Position numbers and translations under genes: made by a program. Shown in pieces: positions 61,925 to 64,000 of a stretch of 64,000 nucleotides of DNA; position 1 is the stretch's first letter, and every line of letters starts with the position of its first letter. The notes under the pieces are model-generated. The model searched no databases, was not told the origin of the DNA, and worked only from the letters and a program-made list of their open reading frames with translations. The stretch is from Candidatus Hydrogenedentota bacterium (GTDB lineage Bacteria > Hydrogenedentota > Hydrogenedentia > Hydrogenedentales > JAJRTN01): assembly GCA_024278275.1 (NCBI GenBank), contig JAJRTN010000039.1, positions 21,030-85,029 on the forward strand, read 5' to 3'.

Positions 61925-62003
61925 CGACTATCAAGCATGAGGGGCCTGTTTTGTCCGCCGGCCATGGCCGCGCGGAGGATATGCCGGTCGTCGCAATGGT
62001 GTC

Positions 62004-63392
62004 TTAACCCGGCTGGCCGGGGTAAAAGCGTTCCCGGTGCCGGTCGGCGAGGACCTTGAGCCGGGCCGTGACCTCCGGATATTTCTCCGCCACGTTACAC
62101 CGCTCCAGGGGATCATTCTCCATGTCGAACAGGGAGAGCTTGATCCGTGCGATGGCATAACGCCCGGGCTTTCCGTCGGCCCCCGCTTCGACGAGCGTTC
62201 GGTAAGGGTGGGGCAGGTGCAGCTTCCAGCGCCCGTCTCCACTGATGACGCCCTCGAAACGCGACCCCGTGGAAAAAGGATAGTATGCGTGGGGATTCGC
62301 GCCGGGTTTCCCGGTGACAAGGTCCCATACGTCCTTACCGTCAATGGGGTTTTCCGGAAGCGGCGCCCCCGCGAGGCGGGCGAATGTGGGCAGCATATCC
62401 ACCGTACTGAAAGCCCGCGTCGAGCAGGATCGCGCCCGGATATGGCCGGGATACTTCATGATGCAGGCGCTGCGCACCCCGCCGTCAAAGGAAGTTGCCT
62501 TGGCCTCCCGAAAGGGCGTGCGCCCGGCATGATTGCCGTAGGATATCCATGGGCCGTTATCGGAAGAGAAAAAGACAACCGTGTTGTCCTCCAGGCCGTT
62601 CTCCTGCAGGGCCCGCATGATCTCTCCCACGGACCAGTCGAGCTCCATCATCACGTCGCCGTAGAGGCCCGCGCCGGATTTACCCCGAAACTTTTCGCTG
62701 CAAAAGAGTGGCACGTGGGGCATGGAATGAGGCACATAAAGGAAGAAAGGATTGTCCCTGTTCCGCTTGATGAAATCAACGGCGTGCTCGGTGTACCAGG
62801 TTGTCAGGTGGGGCTGGTCGTCCCGCGTCATTTCCTCGATAATAATCTTGCCGTTCTCCCAGAAGTGAAGGGGGAACTGCTTCCAGTGTTCGGGATTGCC
62901 GGGATGGAAGGACCACATGTCGTTGGAATACATGAGCCCGCAGGATTCATCAAAGCCGCGGGCGGGCGGACGCGTGTCCGGTTGATCGCCAATATGCCAT
63001 TTTCCGAAGACCGCGGTCCGGTAGCCCGCATTCTGGAAAACCTCGCCCATGGTCGCGAAGCTTGGATCCAGCCCACGTGCATTCGGCGGGTGGGCGCCGA
63101 CCACCTTGGTACGGCCCGGATAGCAGCCACTGAGCAGGGCCGCCCGCGACGCGGAACAAATCGCCTGGGGCACGTAGAAGTTGCGGTAGACACACCCCTC
63201 CCGCGCCAGGCGTTCCACGTGGGGCGTCTTGTAGGCGTTCTCCCCGAAAGGCTCGAAGTCGGCCCAACCGGAATCATCGAGAAAGATAAGGACGAAATTG
63301 GGCGGACGTTTTTTCCCGGCCCGCGCCCCGGCACACAGCGTCACGCCAACCCCCACCTGTGCAAGAAAAGTTCGTCGGCTTATTGATTTCAT
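62004..63392 (-). CDS. Tat-exported formylglycine-dependent sulfatase
   Basis: SRRTFL twin-arginine signal, DDSG, CSASR, GKWH and SSDNG. Confidence 0.93.
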   Translation of the reverse strand: MKSISRRTFLAQVGVGVTLCAGARAGKKRPPNFVLIFLDDSGWADFEPFGENAYKTPHVERLAREGCVYRNFYVPQAICSASRAALLSGCYPGRTKVVGAHPPNARGLDPSFATMGEVFQNAGYRTAVFGKWHIGDQPDTRPPARGFDESCGLMYSNDMWSFHPGNPEHWKQFPLHFWENGKIIIEEMTRDDQPHLTTWYTEHAVDFIKRNRDNPFFLYVPHSMPHVPLFCSEKFRGKSGAGLYGDVMMELDWSVGEIMRALQENGLEDNTVVFFSSDNGPWISYGNHAGRTPFREAKATSFDGGVRSACIMKYPGHIRARSCSTRAFSTVDMLPTFARLAGAPLPENPIDGKDVWDLVTGKPGANPHAYYPFSTGSRFEGVISGDGRWKLHLPHPYRTLVEAGADGKPGRYAIARIKLSLFDMENDPLERCNVAEKYPEVTARLKVLADRHRERFYPGQPG

Positions 63393-63678
63393 GGGAGATT
63401 TCCTCCAGAGGCACTTGCGAACAGAAGGTCTTTTCACATGCCATCCGCCACACCGCGTTCGGTCCCGGTATTTCTTTTGCTGCGCCCAGAAAACCGCAAC
63501 ATACAGGCCCGGGTGGCTCTTACGCCGAAAAACACCTTTTCGCAAATGGCATTTCCAACATTCCTGCCATGGCTGGAGCATACCCTTTCGCCCCCCCTTT
63601 TTGCACGGCCATTCGTTACGTGCCAGGCCCAAAAGGCGGCAGGCCGCCCGGTTGACGGCACGAAAAAGCCGTCCAAAA

Positions 63679-64000
63679 TCAGAAAACGGGCGGTGGCGCG
63701 TCAAAGCGCTCCATCAGGACCTGCCGTGCCGCGCCGGCAAAAAAAATCGACCCCGTGACGAGCAGAGGACATTCACCGGTGGCGAGGGCCATCCCGCGTT
63801 CAAGGGCTTCTTCAAGATCTGGCAGGCACTGGTGAGGCCAATCGCCCGCGGCCCTGATCAGCGCGCCCAAGGGCAGGGCGCGGCTTCCACCGAATTCAGT
63901 GAGGATAAGGGCGGGTTCATCGCTACCGGTCCGTTGGGCAAGTGGCGCCAGGCAGTCCAGGATGCCGCGGGCATCTTTATCGGAGGAAATGGCCACCACC
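63679..64000 (-). CDS. folC: C-terminus of folylpolyglutamate synthase (partial)
   Basis: DKD..GIL..L...LLVTGSIFFAG C-terminal pattern. Confidence 0.7.
   Translation of the reverse strand, partial: VVAISSDKDARGILDCLAPLAQRTGSDEPALILTEFGGSRALPLGALIRAAGDWPHQCLPDLEEALERGMALATGECPLLVTGSIFFAGAARQVLMERFDAPPPVF

Noticed and set aside
61841..62004. tRNA-Leu as an integration site
   Set aside because: No integrase and no duplicated tRNA 3' end were found in the window.

Overview
A GC-rich bacterial chromosomal window, probably from Candidatus Hydrogenedentes or a PVC-like lineage. This is inferred from the style of the DUF1559 pilin, an EGEGE motif and the pilB-pilT-pilB-pilC layout. It holds two type IV filament loci: (1) pilB-pilT-pilB-pilC followed by large pilin/pseudopilin genes, and (2) an operon led by an unusual MshEN/GspE-N + helical-repeat + DnaA-type AAA+ fusion that lacks the DNA-binding domain IV, followed by pilB-pilT-pilS-pilR. 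A third, orphan pilT lies elsewhere. Other content: a JAB-DinG helicase; housekeeping genes (infA, pgi, purN, dapF, ddl, menA/C/E, xth, rng, rodA, mrdA, mreBCD, partial folC, tRNA-Leu-TAA); a sugar locus (GH2 beta-galactosidase, DUF1559 pilin, GntR/LacI regulator); an HD-GYP protein; and an intact MNT-HEPN toxin-antitoxin pair between apparent remnants of a type III R-M-like system. Non-coding features include a roughly 210-nt rod-like RNA candidate behind a near-consensus sigma70 promoter, with a shortened copy 2 kb away, and several REP-like palindrome families, one of them inserted in-frame in menE. No CRISPR array, rRNA, integrase or transposase was seen. All calls come from reading the sequence and motifs by eye; no searches were run.
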